The notes beneath the pieces were generated by a model. The model was not told the DNA's origin and did no database searches. It saw only the letters and a list, made by a program, of their open reading frames with translations. From Desulfobacterales bacterium (lineage in GTDB: Bacteria > Desulfobacterota > Desulfobacteria > Desulfobacterales > UBA2156): a stretch of DNA of 64,000 bases. Below, one piece after another: positions 32,401-41,574 of this stretch (position 1 is its first letter; the number at the start of each line of letters is the position of its first letter). The position numbers and the translations under genes are program-made. Location: the NCBI GenBank assembly GCA_027025555.1, contig JALVQN010000174.1:4704-68703 (forward strand). The letters run 5' to 3'.

Positions 32401-32726
32401 CGTGCCAGGATGCGGAATGTCATCACTTCCGGATCGAATTGGGGAGAAGGCGCACGGTCTGGAAAGCATCTCCCGAAGACGTCCCGGAGAAAGGCCCTGG
32501 GGAACGGGAAGAGCGTGTTTGCACAGACCCCGTTTATCCGTGCCAGGGCCATGCGAACCCACCGCTCCATGCCTTTGCTCTGGACCACGACGACATCCGG
32601 GGCAAGGGGTTCGGTCAACGGTTGAGCCAGGATACGGGCCAGCCCTTCCACGAGCCGTTCCAGCCGGTTACTGGTGATGAGGGTCAGTCGTGCCATGGAA
32701 GACGGGGCTGCTTCGGACCGGTGCAC
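29457..32726 (-). CDS. recC: exodeoxyribonuclease V subunit gamma
   Basis: 1089 aa. N-terminal LTLITSNRLERLVEGLA...VVVQSKGMERWV resembles RecC. Its size and position ahead of recB-recD agree. Confidence 0.9.
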   Translation of the reverse strand: MHRSEAAPSSMARLTLITSNRLERLVEGLARILAQPLTEPLAPDVVVVQSKGMERWVRMALARINGVCANTLFPFPRAFLRDVFGRCFPDRAPSPQFDPEVMTFRILARLGRRIREPGFEALSAYLQGDADPLKAYGISRKIAHLFDQYLVFRPEMILSWESGKEKDWQADLWRDLIGHGPPFHPARMFKGLVEALRARKVRIQDHFQRICIFGISYLPPVYLQVFAEMGRQVPVYFFLMNPCQEYWSDIVSDFEARRLRKDYPEARDAVQALHLERGNRLLAAWGVQGKQFFSAIHALEARVEEDFQTPEGNTVLSRIQKDILTLSEPEPIASFGSETQKGLRPDRSLCIHACHSPLREMEVLHDFLLDLFESEPGLAPHDILVMAPAMETYAPAIQAVFGGGSGGRPKIPFHLADPRIGMEETVVAAFLALLLLHDTRLGAAQVLDLLEHPPVRRRFLLSEGEVQRIGQWVKETRIRWGIDAADRMRWGLPGSEENTWEAGLQRLLMGYAIRKKEEKDVAGILPHDAVEGEWATALGRFFDFFDKVTYYHQAFESPRDMGTWVRLFNKLLDETLFADASEMQGLFAVRDALNRLETVASHAGFEEALPFPVVRAFLKEHLGREREGARFASGGVTFCTLLPMRSIPARVICLVGMNDGAFPREDFSLTFDRMALHPRAGDRSRRRDDKYLFLEALLSARQYLHISYVGMNMKDNASMPPSVLVTQLVDYVRDGYGIAEANLVVRHRLHPFSRDYFRDHPVLFSYSQDDFSAAKGSLTRFVVPPPFMEGPLAPPDRTFESLDLEDLCRFFWNPPAFFMKNRLGIHLPEEDLPLEEREPFRLDALEAFHLVQALVEACLKGMPPEKLYTLWRLEGRLPHGNVGRVLFHRIHQEITPFVRQIRNACGGAAEAEVSGEFRQNGIFLSGKVTGIYGNFLVRYRYVKAPGKDLLDTWIRYLFFSSLFPERAQGAVTLSKDKMFRFRAVSNAASLLESLLALYREGLSKPLSLFPQASFEYARQRFYNGTSNAEALNRARKKWIGTEIFPGDAGDPYIERCFRGIAPLEGRFEAHAERVFSPLFEHLEKGNAPT

Positions 32727-32832
32727 TCTCCGAAAGAGCGTTTCGAATTTAAGAAATCCGCAGCGATGAAAAGCTGGAAACGCGGAAAAACGCAGGAATC
32801 CTTGCCGTTTCTTTGATCAGCGTCGAGGCGGT

Positions 32833-33252
32833 TCAAGGGCTTTTTGCCGTCCTGGGGTTCGGGTCCAGCACGTGTTGATCAAGCACAAAACAGACAAAAT
32901 CGCCCTCCAAAACCGGGGTGCCGCCACGGCTGACGCGGACCGAGACCACATGTTTTTTCCCCTCCACCCGGGAAACACGGGCCTGTGCCGTCACTTCTTC
33001 GTGAACTCTGACCGGCTTCAAGAATTTCACGGTGCCGCTGCCCAAAACCACGTTGGGATGGTTCACCGCGATCATGGCGGCATAATCCGCCATCCCGAAG
33101 AGAAATCCCCCGTGCACCAGGCCCTTGGAATCCGCCGCCATCTTCGGCGTGGTTTTCATCACGACCGTGCTTTGCCCGGGTTCCACACGGACCGGCGTGC
33201 CACAGAGCGCCGGGTCGATTCCTTCATGGGTCTGTATCTCCATTTGCCTCAT
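32833..33252 (-). CDS. hotdog-fold thioesterase (PaaI/YbgC-like)
   Basis: 139 aa from ATG 33252 (GAGG SD; the track start overlaps the upstream gene). GLVHGGFLFGMADYAAMIAV and VTAQARVSRVEGKKHVVSV are typical hotdog features. Confidence 0.8.
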   Translation of the reverse strand: MRQMEIQTHEGIDPALCGTPVRVEPGQSTVVMKTTPKMAADSKGLVHGGFLFGMADYAAMIAVNHPNVVLGSGTVKFLKPVRVHEEVTAQARVSRVEGKKHVVSVRVSRGGTPVLEGDFVCFVLDQHVLDPNPRTAKSP

Positions 33253-33263
33253 GCCGGCCTCGC

Positions 33264-34754
33264 TTAATCGATCAGGTTGAAAGTTTTTTTTCTGAAAAGG
33301 TGACGACACGCCTTGACCACCTTGGCGTCGTACAGACGGCCGGCGTTTTTCTGGATCTCTTCCAACGCGGCATCGACACCCAATGCAGCGCGATAGGGAC
33401 GGTGGGTGGCCATGGCCTCCACGGTATCGGCAACCGCCATGATGCGCGCTTCCAGGAGAATACGATCGCCGGTCAACCGGCCGGGATACCCGGACCCGTC
33501 CATCCGTTCATGATGTTGGAGGATAACCTCGGCGATGGGCCAGGGAAACTCGATCCCCTTCAAGATATCATAACCGGATTGGGGGTGGACTTTGATGAGT
33601 TGAAATTCGGTCTCAGACAGGCGTCCCGGTTTGCTGAGGATCTCGGCAGGCACCGCGATCTTCCCGATGTCATGGATCAAGGCCGCCATGGAAATGCCTT
33701 CGATCTGGTCTTCGGAAAGGTCCATTTCCATGGCAATGGCCCGGCTGAGCTTGGCGACACGCTGTTGGTGGCCGGAAGTATAAGGGTCCCGGCGTTCCAC
33801 GAGGTTGGCCATGGCTTCGATGGTGCCGACCATGGCCTTTTGAAGCTTGTCGTAGCTCCGGGTGACGGCCTGCTCCATCCGCTTCCGTTCGCTGATGTCC
33901 CGGATGGAAGCGAGTAAGGCCTTTTTCCCTTCCCATTCGGTTTCCACCACCTGCATCTCGGCGATGATGGGGGGACGGCCGCTGTCGCGAATTTCGATTT
34001 CCGTCGTGCTTCCCAGGTGCACCGGATAGGCAAAGGGGCGACCGACAAAATCCTTCCCATGGACGGCGAAAAGCTTCCCGGCCGCCGGGTTCACGAACCG
34101 GATGGTCCGGTCTTGATCCAAAATGAGGATCCCGTCTGAATTGTTGGTGATCATCTCCCGGAAGTTTTTCTCGCTTTTTCTCATGGCCATTTCGGCCCGG
34201 GTACGGGCCTCAATCTCCTCGGAGAGCTTTCGGTTGGCCTTCATGAGGGACAGCGTCCGGTCCTGGACCCTTTGTTCCAGATTCTCCATCATGGCTCGAT
34301 ATTCACGCTCCACCCGCCACTTTTCGCTAAGGGACGAGGCAAATTGGAGAATCTCCTGGGGATAAAACGGTTTTTGGAGGTAAAGGAGTTTGTCCAAAGG
34401 TAAAATGGAACGGGCTGTTTCCAGGATATTGAAGCGCACCTGGCCCGTGACCAGGACAATGCCCACATCCGGGTCAACTTCGCGGATCTTCCGGGCGGTC
34501 CAGATCCCGTCCGGCCCGGGCGGCATATTGATGTCGAGGAAGACCGCCGAAAAAGGCCTGCCCGTCTCGCGGCCTTCCTGGACCAGCGCCACGGCCTGGT
34601 CTCCTTGCTCACATTGGGCCACGTCGAACCGCGGCCCTTCTTCGACGTTTTCTGACAAGTGCTGACCGGAAGAAAAGATTTGATCGTAAAGATCAAGAAT
34701 CGTTTTCTCATCGTCTACGGTGAGGATGCGGAAAGGCGTTTCTGTCTGGGACAT
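33264..34754 (-). CDS. response regulator receiver-PAS-HD-GYP protein (c-di-GMP phosphodiesterase type)
   Basis: Start set to ATG 34754 (AAGGGAG SD); the track start is GTG 34772. Receiver FRILTVDDEK...VFLDINMPPG. PAS FREMITNNSDGILILDQDRTIRFVNPAA. HD-GYP HQQRVAKL...LIHDIGKIAVP...HHERMDGSGYPGRL. Confidence 0.9.
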   Translation of the reverse strand: MSQTETPFRILTVDDEKTILDLYDQIFSSGQHLSENVEEGPRFDVAQCEQGDQAVALVQEGRETGRPFSAVFLDINMPPGPDGIWTARKIREVDPDVGIVLVTGQVRFNILETARSILPLDKLLYLQKPFYPQEILQFASSLSEKWRVEREYRAMMENLEQRVQDRTLSLMKANRKLSEEIEARTRAEMAMRKSEKNFREMITNNSDGILILDQDRTIRFVNPAAGKLFAVHGKDFVGRPFAYPVHLGSTTEIEIRDSGRPPIIAEMQVVETEWEGKKALLASIRDISERKRMEQAVTRSYDKLQKAMVGTIEAMANLVERRDPYTSGHQQRVAKLSRAIAMEMDLSEDQIEGISMAALIHDIGKIAVPAEILSKPGRLSETEFQLIKVHPQSGYDILKGIEFPWPIAEVILQHHERMDGSGYPGRLTGDRILLEARIMAVADTVEAMATHRPYRAALGVDAALEEIQKNAGRLYDAKVVKACRHLFRKKTFNLID

Positions 34755-35097
34755 GGTGATGCTCCCTTTCACCGGTTCGCGGTCCGGTTACAGCCTATTT
34801 TCCTAACACAACGAACGGATGGGGGCAAGCCTGTTTGGGCAGCTGACCGTTGTTTTATCCCGGGATGCCGGTGTAAAGGACATGGGTCAACGGTCCCATG
34901 ATTTTGGCATCGCACGGCAAGACGCCGGTGATCGGGCGCCCCCTTTGGCAAGGATTCGGGACATGGGCGCTGCGCGTTTTGACATCGTGCCCTTACAATG
35001 GTAATCGACGGGATACGCCTGCAGGGGAAGGAAAGCCGTGTGGGGCGGCGGGGCAAGCGGTCAGACGCAGCTTCCGAAAATCGTTTTCTTCAAAAAA

Positions 35098-35195
35098 TGG
35101 CGGAAGTGCATGGGAATCGAACCCACCCGGGACGGTTTTAGCGCCCCACACCGGATTTGAAGTCCGGGAGCCCCACCAGTGAGCTGCGCACTTCC
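35098..35195 (-). tRNA. selC: tRNA-Sec (anticodon UCA), CCA encoded
   Basis: Reverse complement: GGAAGTGCGCAGCTCACTGGTGGGGCTCCCGGACTTCAAATCCGGTGTGGGGCGCTAAAACCGTCCCGGGTGGGTTCGATTCCCATGCACTTCCGCCA. It has an 8-bp acceptor stem, a CUUCAAA anticodon loop and a long variable arm. The layout matches E. coli selC closely (GGACTTCAAATCC, GTCCCGGG, GGTTCGA, CTTCCGCCA). Confidence 0.92.
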
Positions 35196-35206
35196 GCGTA
35201 AGCCTT

Positions 35207-35236
35207 TTACTACCACACGGGTTTTGTTTTTGTCAA
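35207..35236 (-). promoter_or_regulatory. candidate sigma70 promoter for selC
   Basis: Minus strand TTGACA-18 nt-TAGTAA, ending 11 nt before the tRNA 5' end. The -35 box lies only 25 nt from the divergent peptidase ATG. Confidence 0.3.
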
Positions 35237-35260
35237 GACACGGCCCGAAAGGATTGAATC

Positions 35261-36403
35261 ATGATCGACGCCGAGCGCCTGAAAACCACGTTTTTGTCCC
35301 TGGTTCAAATCAGCAGTGTCAGTAAGAAAGAAAAGGCCTTTTCCCGAATGCTCCGGCAACGCCTAAAGGACATGGGGGCCCGGATCGAGGTGGATGACGC
35401 CGGCGCGGCCACGGGAAGCGATACGGGAAACCTCATCGCCAAACTTCCCGGAAACCGGTCCGTGCCCCCCCTCTTGTTGAGCGCCCACATGGATACGGTC
35501 CCGCCGGGCGAAGCGGTTCGTCCGGTGTTCAAAGACGGTGTCTTCAGGAGCGACGGCCGCACCGTCCTGGGGGCAGACGACAAGAGCGCCATCGCCATCC
35601 TTTTGGAATCGATCCGGGTCATCCAGGCCCGCAACCTGCCCTGCCCTCCCTTGGAACTGGTCTTTACGGTATGCGAAGAGGACGCCCTGGCCGGGGCGCG
35701 GCACCTGGACTTTGACCGGATTTCGGCGAGATTCGGGTATGTCCTGGATGCCACGGACACGGAGGGAATCATCACCCGGGCTCCGGCGGCCAATCGGTTG
35801 ACCTTCCATGTCGTGGGCAAGGAAGCCCATGCCGGAGCGGCACCGGAAAAGGGGATCAATGCCATCCAACTGGCCTGCCGGGCCATCGCGTCCCTCCAAC
35901 TGGGACGGATCGACCGGGAAACCACTTGCAACATCGGGGTCATCCGGGGAGGGTTTGCCACCAACATCGTCCCCAACCGCGTGACGGCCGTCGGGGAGGC
36001 CAGGAGCCACGACGAGGCCAAGCTGGAGCGCGTCACCGGGTCCATGGTGGCCGCTTTCAAGGATTGTATCCAGGCGGAAGCCGCCCCGGGGTCCGAGGGC
36101 GGCCTTCCCCGCCTGGAGGTCCAGGTGGAGCGATCCTTTCCAAAGACCCATATCCCGGAAGACCACCCGGTGGTCCGGCTGGCCCAAAAGGCCGCCGAGG
36201 CCCTGGGCCGAAAGATGGTCTGCAAGGCTTCCGGGGGCGGGTCGGACGCCAATATCTTTTTTGAAAAGGCCATCGTGGCCGGTGTCCTGGGGACCGGCAT
36301 GCGGGACATGCATACGGTCTCGGAATGGATCCGGCTGGAGGACATGGTCCGCATGGCCGAGTTGATGGTGAAGATCCTCACCCTGCATGCCGAGACCGGG
36401 TGA
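35261..36403 (+). CDS. M20/M25/M40 family metallopeptidase (PepT/tripeptidase-like)
   Basis: 380 aa. LLLSAHMDTVPPGE, GADDKSAIAILLE, CEEDALAGA, GGGSDAN metal/catalytic motifs. Confidence 0.85.
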   Translation: MIDAERLKTTFLSLVQISSVSKKEKAFSRMLRQRLKDMGARIEVDDAGAATGSDTGNLIAKLPGNRSVPPLLLSAHMDTVPPGEAVRPVFKDGVFRSDGRTVLGADDKSAIAILLESIRVIQARNLPCPPLELVFTVCEEDALAGARHLDFDRISARFGYVLDATDTEGIITRAPAANRLTFHVVGKEAHAGAAPEKGINAIQLACRAIASLQLGRIDRETTCNIGVIRGGFATNIVPNRVTAVGEARSHDEAKLERVTGSMVAAFKDCIQAEAAPGSEGGLPRLEVQVERSFPKTHIPEDHPVVRLAQKAAEALGRKMVCKASGGGSDANIFFEKAIVAGVLGTGMRDMHTVSEWIRLEDMVRMAELMVKILTLHAETG

Positions 36404-36427
36404 GGACTCCCGGCAGTGGAGGGACAC

Positions 36428-37627
36428 ATGCTGGCTTACCTGGACTGTTTCTCCGGCATCAGCGGCGACATGGCCCTGGGGGCCCTCATCGACCTGGGGG
36501 TGCCGCTGGAATGGCTTCGGAATCAACTCGGATCCCTCGGGGTTTCCGGTTTCACCCTGGGTGTTGCCCGGGCCCGTCGCCATGGGATCGCCGCCACACG
36601 GCTGGATGTCCAAGACCAGGACGGCCCGCCCCTCAGGCGCCTTGCCGACATCGAGGCTCTTATCGAAAAAAGCGCCCTCCCCGGGGCTGTCAAGGCATCG
36701 AGTTTGACCATCTTTGAGCGGATTGCCCATGCCGAATCCCGCATCCACGGCTGCCCCAAGGGGTCGGTGCACTTCCACGAGATCGGGGCCGTGGACACCC
36801 TGGTGGACGTGGTGGGGACCTGCCTGGGCCTGACCTATCTCGGGATCCGGGAAATCGCCGCGTCTCCCGTCGCCCTGGGAAAGGGATGGATCGATACGTC
36901 CCACGGGAGGCTTCCTGTCCCGGCCCCCGCCACCCTGGAAATCCTCAAGGGCGTGCCGGTCCGGCAGACGCAAATCCCCTTCGAGCTGACCACCCCCACC
37001 GGAGCCGCCCTGGTCGCCTGTCTCTCGAAGGGGTTCGGCGCGATGCCGGAGATGACCGTGGAGAGGATCGGTTACGGCGCCGGAACGCGGGACCATAAAG
37101 CCGTTCCCAATGTCTTGAGGGTGGTCCTGGGCAGACGTTCGGCGGCGGCGGAACACTTGGAAGACCGGATCGTTGTGGTCGAATGCGCTGTCGATGACAT
37201 GAATCCCGAACTCTTCGGCCACCTGATGGACCGCCTCTTTGAAGACGGCGCCCTGGATGTCTACTGGATTCCCGTCCACATGAAGAAAAACCGCCCCGGG
37301 ACCTTGATCCAGGTGCTGTGCCCCCAAGACCGCCGGGATGCCGTCCTGACGCGCATCCTCGCGGAAAGGGCTTCCATCGGCGTACGCTACACCGAGGCCC
37401 GGCGCTGGATCCTTCCCCGGGAGCCGGTGACCGTGGAGACGGCATTCGGCCCTGTTTCGGCCAAGCGTATCCGGGGCCTGGACGGCAAATGGCACATCAC
37501 ACCGGAATATGAGGCCTGCCGCAAGATCGCCGCCCAACAGGACATCTCCCTGCAGGACGTCTACCGTGCCGTCGTCCGGGCGGGGGGCGGATCCCGGGCC
37601 CCGGGCGACGCCTCTCCTATCCCATGA
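36428..37627 (+). CDS. larC: LarC family nickel insertion protein (DUF111)
   Basis: Start set to ATG 36428 (GGAGGG SD): MLAYLDCFSGISGDMALGALIDLGVP, HFHEIGAVDTLVD, TPTGAAL. Canonical LarC/DUF111. Confidence 0.85.
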   Translation: MLAYLDCFSGISGDMALGALIDLGVPLEWLRNQLGSLGVSGFTLGVARARRHGIAATRLDVQDQDGPPLRRLADIEALIEKSALPGAVKASSLTIFERIAHAESRIHGCPKGSVHFHEIGAVDTLVDVVGTCLGLTYLGIREIAASPVALGKGWIDTSHGRLPVPAPATLEILKGVPVRQTQIPFELTTPTGAALVACLSKGFGAMPEMTVERIGYGAGTRDHKAVPNVLRVVLGRRSAAAEHLEDRIVVVECAVDDMNPELFGHLMDRLFEDGALDVYWIPVHMKKNRPGTLIQVLCPQDRRDAVLTRILAERASIGVRYTEARRWILPREPVTVETAFGPVSAKRIRGLDGKWHITPEYEACRKIAAQQDISLQDVYRAVVRAGGGSRAPGDASPIP

Positions 37628-39614
37628 AGACGTTGAGGACCTCGTTCCGGGCGTCCACGTGCTGAATGGTGATTTGAATCACATCCTCCGGCTTCAGGTC
37701 GTATCCGCCGGAGACTGAAATGCGGCACTCCAGCATGTATTCCGGAATCAGCACCTGGTACCCGTTCCGGGCCTTCCCCAAGATGATGGCCTCTTCCTTC
37801 CGGCCGATCCGTTTTTCCAGAAATTTCAAGAGCCAGTAACGGTTCCGGCGGGCCTGGAGAGCCCCCACATGGGCCATCACCGGGGCCAGTTCCGCGATCA
37901 TCGCTTCCACCTCCTCTTTGGAGTAAGGGGCTTCGAGTCCAAAGACGGAGCGAATTTGCCGCTGGGTCACCAGATCGAAATACTTCCGGATGGGCGATGT
38001 GCCGGTGACATAGGCATCGAGGCCGAGCCCGCTGTGGTTTTCGGGTTCAGGCCCCAGGACAAATCGGCTCAGGCGCTTGCGCTGCATCCAATGCTGAAAA
38101 AGGGTGCCGCCCCCGGCTTCATAGAGCCGTTCTTTGGGCTGGGGTTGAGACCGGAAGACGGCGGGAATCCCTTTTGTCTTGAGAAAGGACGCCATGATCC
38201 AGTTGGCAAGGATCATGATCTCCGCCACCGCAAACCGGCTGGGGCTTTCCCGCTGGATTCGGTTCACGATGATATTCCCCGACGCGTCCAGGTGGATATG
38301 AATTTCCGGGAGGGAAATCTGAAGGGCCCCCTGGGACATGCGCTTTTCCCGGAAACGCCGTGCCGCGGCCACCAGACGCCGAAGCCGGGGGTCCTCATGG
38401 GCCAGGAGATTGGCCTCTTGATAAGTGAACTGATCCTTCACACAGACCCGGCTGGGAAGAATTTCCCAGTTGGAGACCTCCAGGGTCTCGTCCAGATCCA
38501 CCAGGATACTGACGGCCGGCCGTGTTTTCCCTGAACGGAGGCTGCAAAAGTCCTCGGAGAGTTCGGGCGGCACCATGGGGATCCGCTGATCCGGCATGTA
38601 GATGGAGCTTCCCCTGGAGCGGGCCTCCCGGTCCAGGGGGCTCTCCTTTTCAATCACCTCCCCCACGTCCGTGATGTGGATGCCGATCCGGATCCGGTCT
38701 CCGAGCTCTTCCACGCTCAAGGCGTCATCGAAATCCAGGGTGGCTTGACCGTCAATGGTGAGCAGGGGCAAGTCTGTCAGGTCTTTCCGGACCCTGTCCG
38801 ACGATGGAGGCCCACGGCGCGTGTCGCGTTTTTGGATCCGATCCCGGGCAGCGGCATGCACTTCATCCGGGAACCGGGTGGGAATCCCCATCCGGATCAG
38901 ATCGATATTTTCATCGGCCTGCCAGACCCCCAGCTTCACCAGCAACCGGAAGATTTTGTCCGGACTTTCCACGCCGCTTCCCGACAGGAGGGCCCGGCTC
39001 AGGTCGTAGGTGGGGCTTTCCTTTTCAAAGAGATAATGGGATTTGAGCATCTCCACAAAAAAAAGATCCGCATCCCCGGTTTCCGGACGGGCGTTTTCCA
39101 TGACCCGTTTCAGCCATCGCCTCCCCTTCTCGATGGTGTCTTGCCGGCGTTTTTCCGCTTCATCCCGGGCAATCAGCTGCTGGACCTTGGCTTCGGAATT
39201 GGGGAAAAAGCGACCGTGATCAAACTTGAAGTAGCGTCGATGGTTGAAAAGGGCGCGCACCACGGCGGCCTCGTGGTCCCCGTCAGGGGCGTCCGGGAAA
39301 CAGAGGCCGGTGAGGGTGGAAAGGTCGATCCATTCCTGTTCGGGATTCAGGACCTCCCACAGCGCCTTGATGTCCACCTGGCGCATCAGCGCGTTTCGAT
39401 GGGCCACGATGTCCTTGAGCATGTCCACCAGCTTGTCCCTGCCGGCGGAAACATCCAAGACGGTCTCACTCTGGTGGGAAAGGCGCTTGGGGGAAAGGTT
39501 GATCTCCCGATTTCCTTCGGTGATCAGGTGCAACCGGTCGCCCTTGAGCTCCACGACCACGGCGCAGACAATTTTTTGACGGTCGATGAACTCGACGACG
39601 TTTCCAATTTTCAT
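37617..39614 (-). CDS. RNB-domain exoribonuclease (RNase II/R family)
   Basis: 665 aa. LLTIDGQATLDFDDALSVE, IHITDV and SPIRKYFDLVTQRQ RNB motifs. Its 3' end overlaps the larC 3' end by 11 nt (convergent). Confidence 0.85.
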   Translation of the reverse strand: MKIGNVVEFIDRQKIVCAVVVELKGDRLHLITEGNREINLSPKRLSHQSETVLDVSAGRDKLVDMLKDIVAHRNALMRQVDIKALWEVLNPEQEWIDLSTLTGLCFPDAPDGDHEAAVVRALFNHRRYFKFDHGRFFPNSEAKVQQLIARDEAEKRRQDTIEKGRRWLKRVMENARPETGDADLFFVEMLKSHYLFEKESPTYDLSRALLSGSGVESPDKIFRLLVKLGVWQADENIDLIRMGIPTRFPDEVHAAARDRIQKRDTRRGPPSSDRVRKDLTDLPLLTIDGQATLDFDDALSVEELGDRIRIGIHITDVGEVIEKESPLDREARSRGSSIYMPDQRIPMVPPELSEDFCSLRSGKTRPAVSILVDLDETLEVSNWEILPSRVCVKDQFTYQEANLLAHEDPRLRRLVAAARRFREKRMSQGALQISLPEIHIHLDASGNIIVNRIQRESPSRFAVAEIMILANWIMASFLKTKGIPAVFRSQPQPKERLYEAGGGTLFQHWMQRKRLSRFVLGPEPENHSGLGLDAYVTGTSPIRKYFDLVTQRQIRSVFGLEAPYSKEEVEAMIAELAPVMAHVGALQARRNRYWLLKFLEKRIGRKEEAIILGKARNGYQVLIPEYMLECRISVSGGYDLKPEDVIQITIQHVDARNEVLNVFMG

Positions 39615-39801
39615 GCCGCCACTTTAGCAATGGAAGCAAGCCGAGTCAATGCAGGACGGGAAGGCGTCGGTGAAATCAATCCCTCTTTTTTCGGGGCCGG
39701 CTCAAAGGACCCGGACGCTCCCGTGAAAGCCGTATTGTCCGTAGAAGGGGATTCTGGTATAGCTCCGACACTTCTTGAAACATTTTTGCTGATAAAGTTG
39801 C

Positions 39802-41574
39802 ATGCGCCGGCCGGTAAAAGCATTCTATTTGATCCAGCCCTATTTTCGTGAAAACCTCTCCCGCGTGGTGACGGGGCTTTTCTGCCTGATCCTCGTGGAT
39901 ATCCTGCAGCTTTTCATTCCCCGGGTGTTGAAGCGGGCAGTGGACGACCTGACGGCCTTTCGCGCCGGTTCCCGGGATCTCATGGGATATGCCCTGATCA
40001 TCGTGGCCCTCGCGCTGGCCATCGGGATCTTCCGGTACGGATGGCGCCTGAGACTCATCGGACTCTCCCGCCGTGTGGAAGAAGGCTTGCGCAACCGTCT
40101 TTTCTCCCATATCCAGAGCCTCGATGCCGCCTATTTCGACCGCACCCCCGCCGGCGACCTCATGGCCCATGCCACCAATGACATTCAGAACGTGCGCATG
40201 GCCGCCGGAATGGGCCTGGTTGCCTTGACGGACGCCGTGGTGCTGGGGGCCGCGGCCATCGGCTTCATGGCCTATATCCATGTGCGACTGACCTTTTTTG
40301 TCCTGCTCCCCATGCCCCTCATCGCGGTGTCCACCCGATTCTTCAGTAAGCGGATGCACCGCCTTTATCAAAACGCCCAGCAGGTCTTCTCCGAGATGAC
40401 GGAAACGGTCCGGGAGCGTTTTGCCGGCATCCGTATCGTCAAGGCCTATACCTGGGAAAAGCACGATGCCCGCGATATGGAGAGAATCTCCAGGCGTTAT
40501 GTGCGCACCAACATGGCATTGGCCCGGATCATTCAATCTTTTTTCCCCTTGATGCTCTTTTTCGCCAACCTGAGCCTGGTTTGCGTCCTTTTCTTCGGGG
40601 GGCGACAGACCATCCGGTTTGCCATTACCCCCGGCGATTTCGTGGCCTTCATCAGCTACCTGGGCCTCTTGACGTGGCCCATGATGGCCCTGGGCTGGGT
40701 CACCAATCTCATCCAGCGGGGAGGGGCTTCCCTGGAGCGGATCGAATCCATCCTGAAGACCTCTCCCCAGGTGGTGCCGGTGGCGCCCGGGAACGCCCTG
40801 CGCGCCGCGGGCCATGACCTTTCTTTCAGGGGTGTTGCCTTTTCCTATCCCATGCCCAAGGCATCGGAAAAAGGGCATCCGGCACTTAAAAACGTCCATC
40901 TGGCCGTGCCATGGGGAACGGTCCTGGGAATCGTGGGGCCGCCGGGAGCCGGGAAATCCACCCTCCTCCGCCTGATCCCCCGCTTGTATGACGTGTCGTC
41001 AGGGGCCGTTACCCTGGGAAATACGGATATCCGCCGTTTGGACCTGGAATGGCTCAGGGGACGCATCGCCTTTATGCCCCAGGAAGCCTTCCTCTTTGCA
41101 GATACCATCGAGCGGAACATCACCCTTGGAAGGCCCCATGTTTCTGAAAAAAAGCTCCGGGAGGCCTTGAAAATGGCGGCCCTGGACAAGACCCTCCGCG
41201 AACTGCCCGATGGGCTGAAGACCCTGGTGGGTGAAAAGGGAGTCACCCTTTCCGGCGGTCAAAAACAACGGGTGGCCTTGGCGCGCGCCCTCCTGTTGGA
41301 TGCCCCCCTCCTGATCCTGGACGATCCCATCAGCCAGGTGGACACGGCCACCGGGCACCAAATCATCCGGAGTCTTGCGTCTTTTGCCCGGAAAAAGACC
41401 CTCATCATCGTCTCCCATCGGCTTTCGGTATTTGCCATCGCAGACCGGATCATCGTCATGGATCAGGGCCGCATCGTGGATTCCGGCACCCATGCCCGTC
41501 TCGTTGAGTCGAATCCCTACTATCGGCACACCCATCAATTGCAGGTCCTCGAGGAGGCCTTCCATGCGCGGTGA
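39802..41574 (+). CDS. ABC exporter, fused permease/ATPase (MsbA/multidrug type), subunit 1
   Basis: 590 aa with six N-terminal TM segments. GPPGAGKST Walker A, LSGGQKQRVALARAL signature, LILDDP Walker B. Confidence 0.9.
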   Translation: MRRPVKAFYLIQPYFRENLSRVVTGLFCLILVDILQLFIPRVLKRAVDDLTAFRAGSRDLMGYALIIVALALAIGIFRYGWRLRLIGLSRRVEEGLRNRLFSHIQSLDAAYFDRTPAGDLMAHATNDIQNVRMAAGMGLVALTDAVVLGAAAIGFMAYIHVRLTFFVLLPMPLIAVSTRFFSKRMHRLYQNAQQVFSEMTETVRERFAGIRIVKAYTWEKHDARDMERISRRYVRTNMALARIIQSFFPLMLFFANLSLVCVLFFGGRQTIRFAITPGDFVAFISYLGLLTWPMMALGWVTNLIQRGGASLERIESILKTSPQVVPVAPGNALRAAGHDLSFRGVAFSYPMPKASEKGHPALKNVHLAVPWGTVLGIVGPPGAGKSTLLRLIPRLYDVSSGAVTLGNTDIRRLDLEWLRGRIAFMPQEAFLFADTIERNITLGRPHVSEKKLREALKMAALDKTLRELPDGLKTLVGEKGVTLSGGQKQRVALARALLLDAPLLILDDPISQVDTATGHQIIRSLASFARKKTLIIVSHRLSVFAIADRIIVMDQGRIVDSGTHARLVESNPYYRHTHQLQVLEEAFHAR

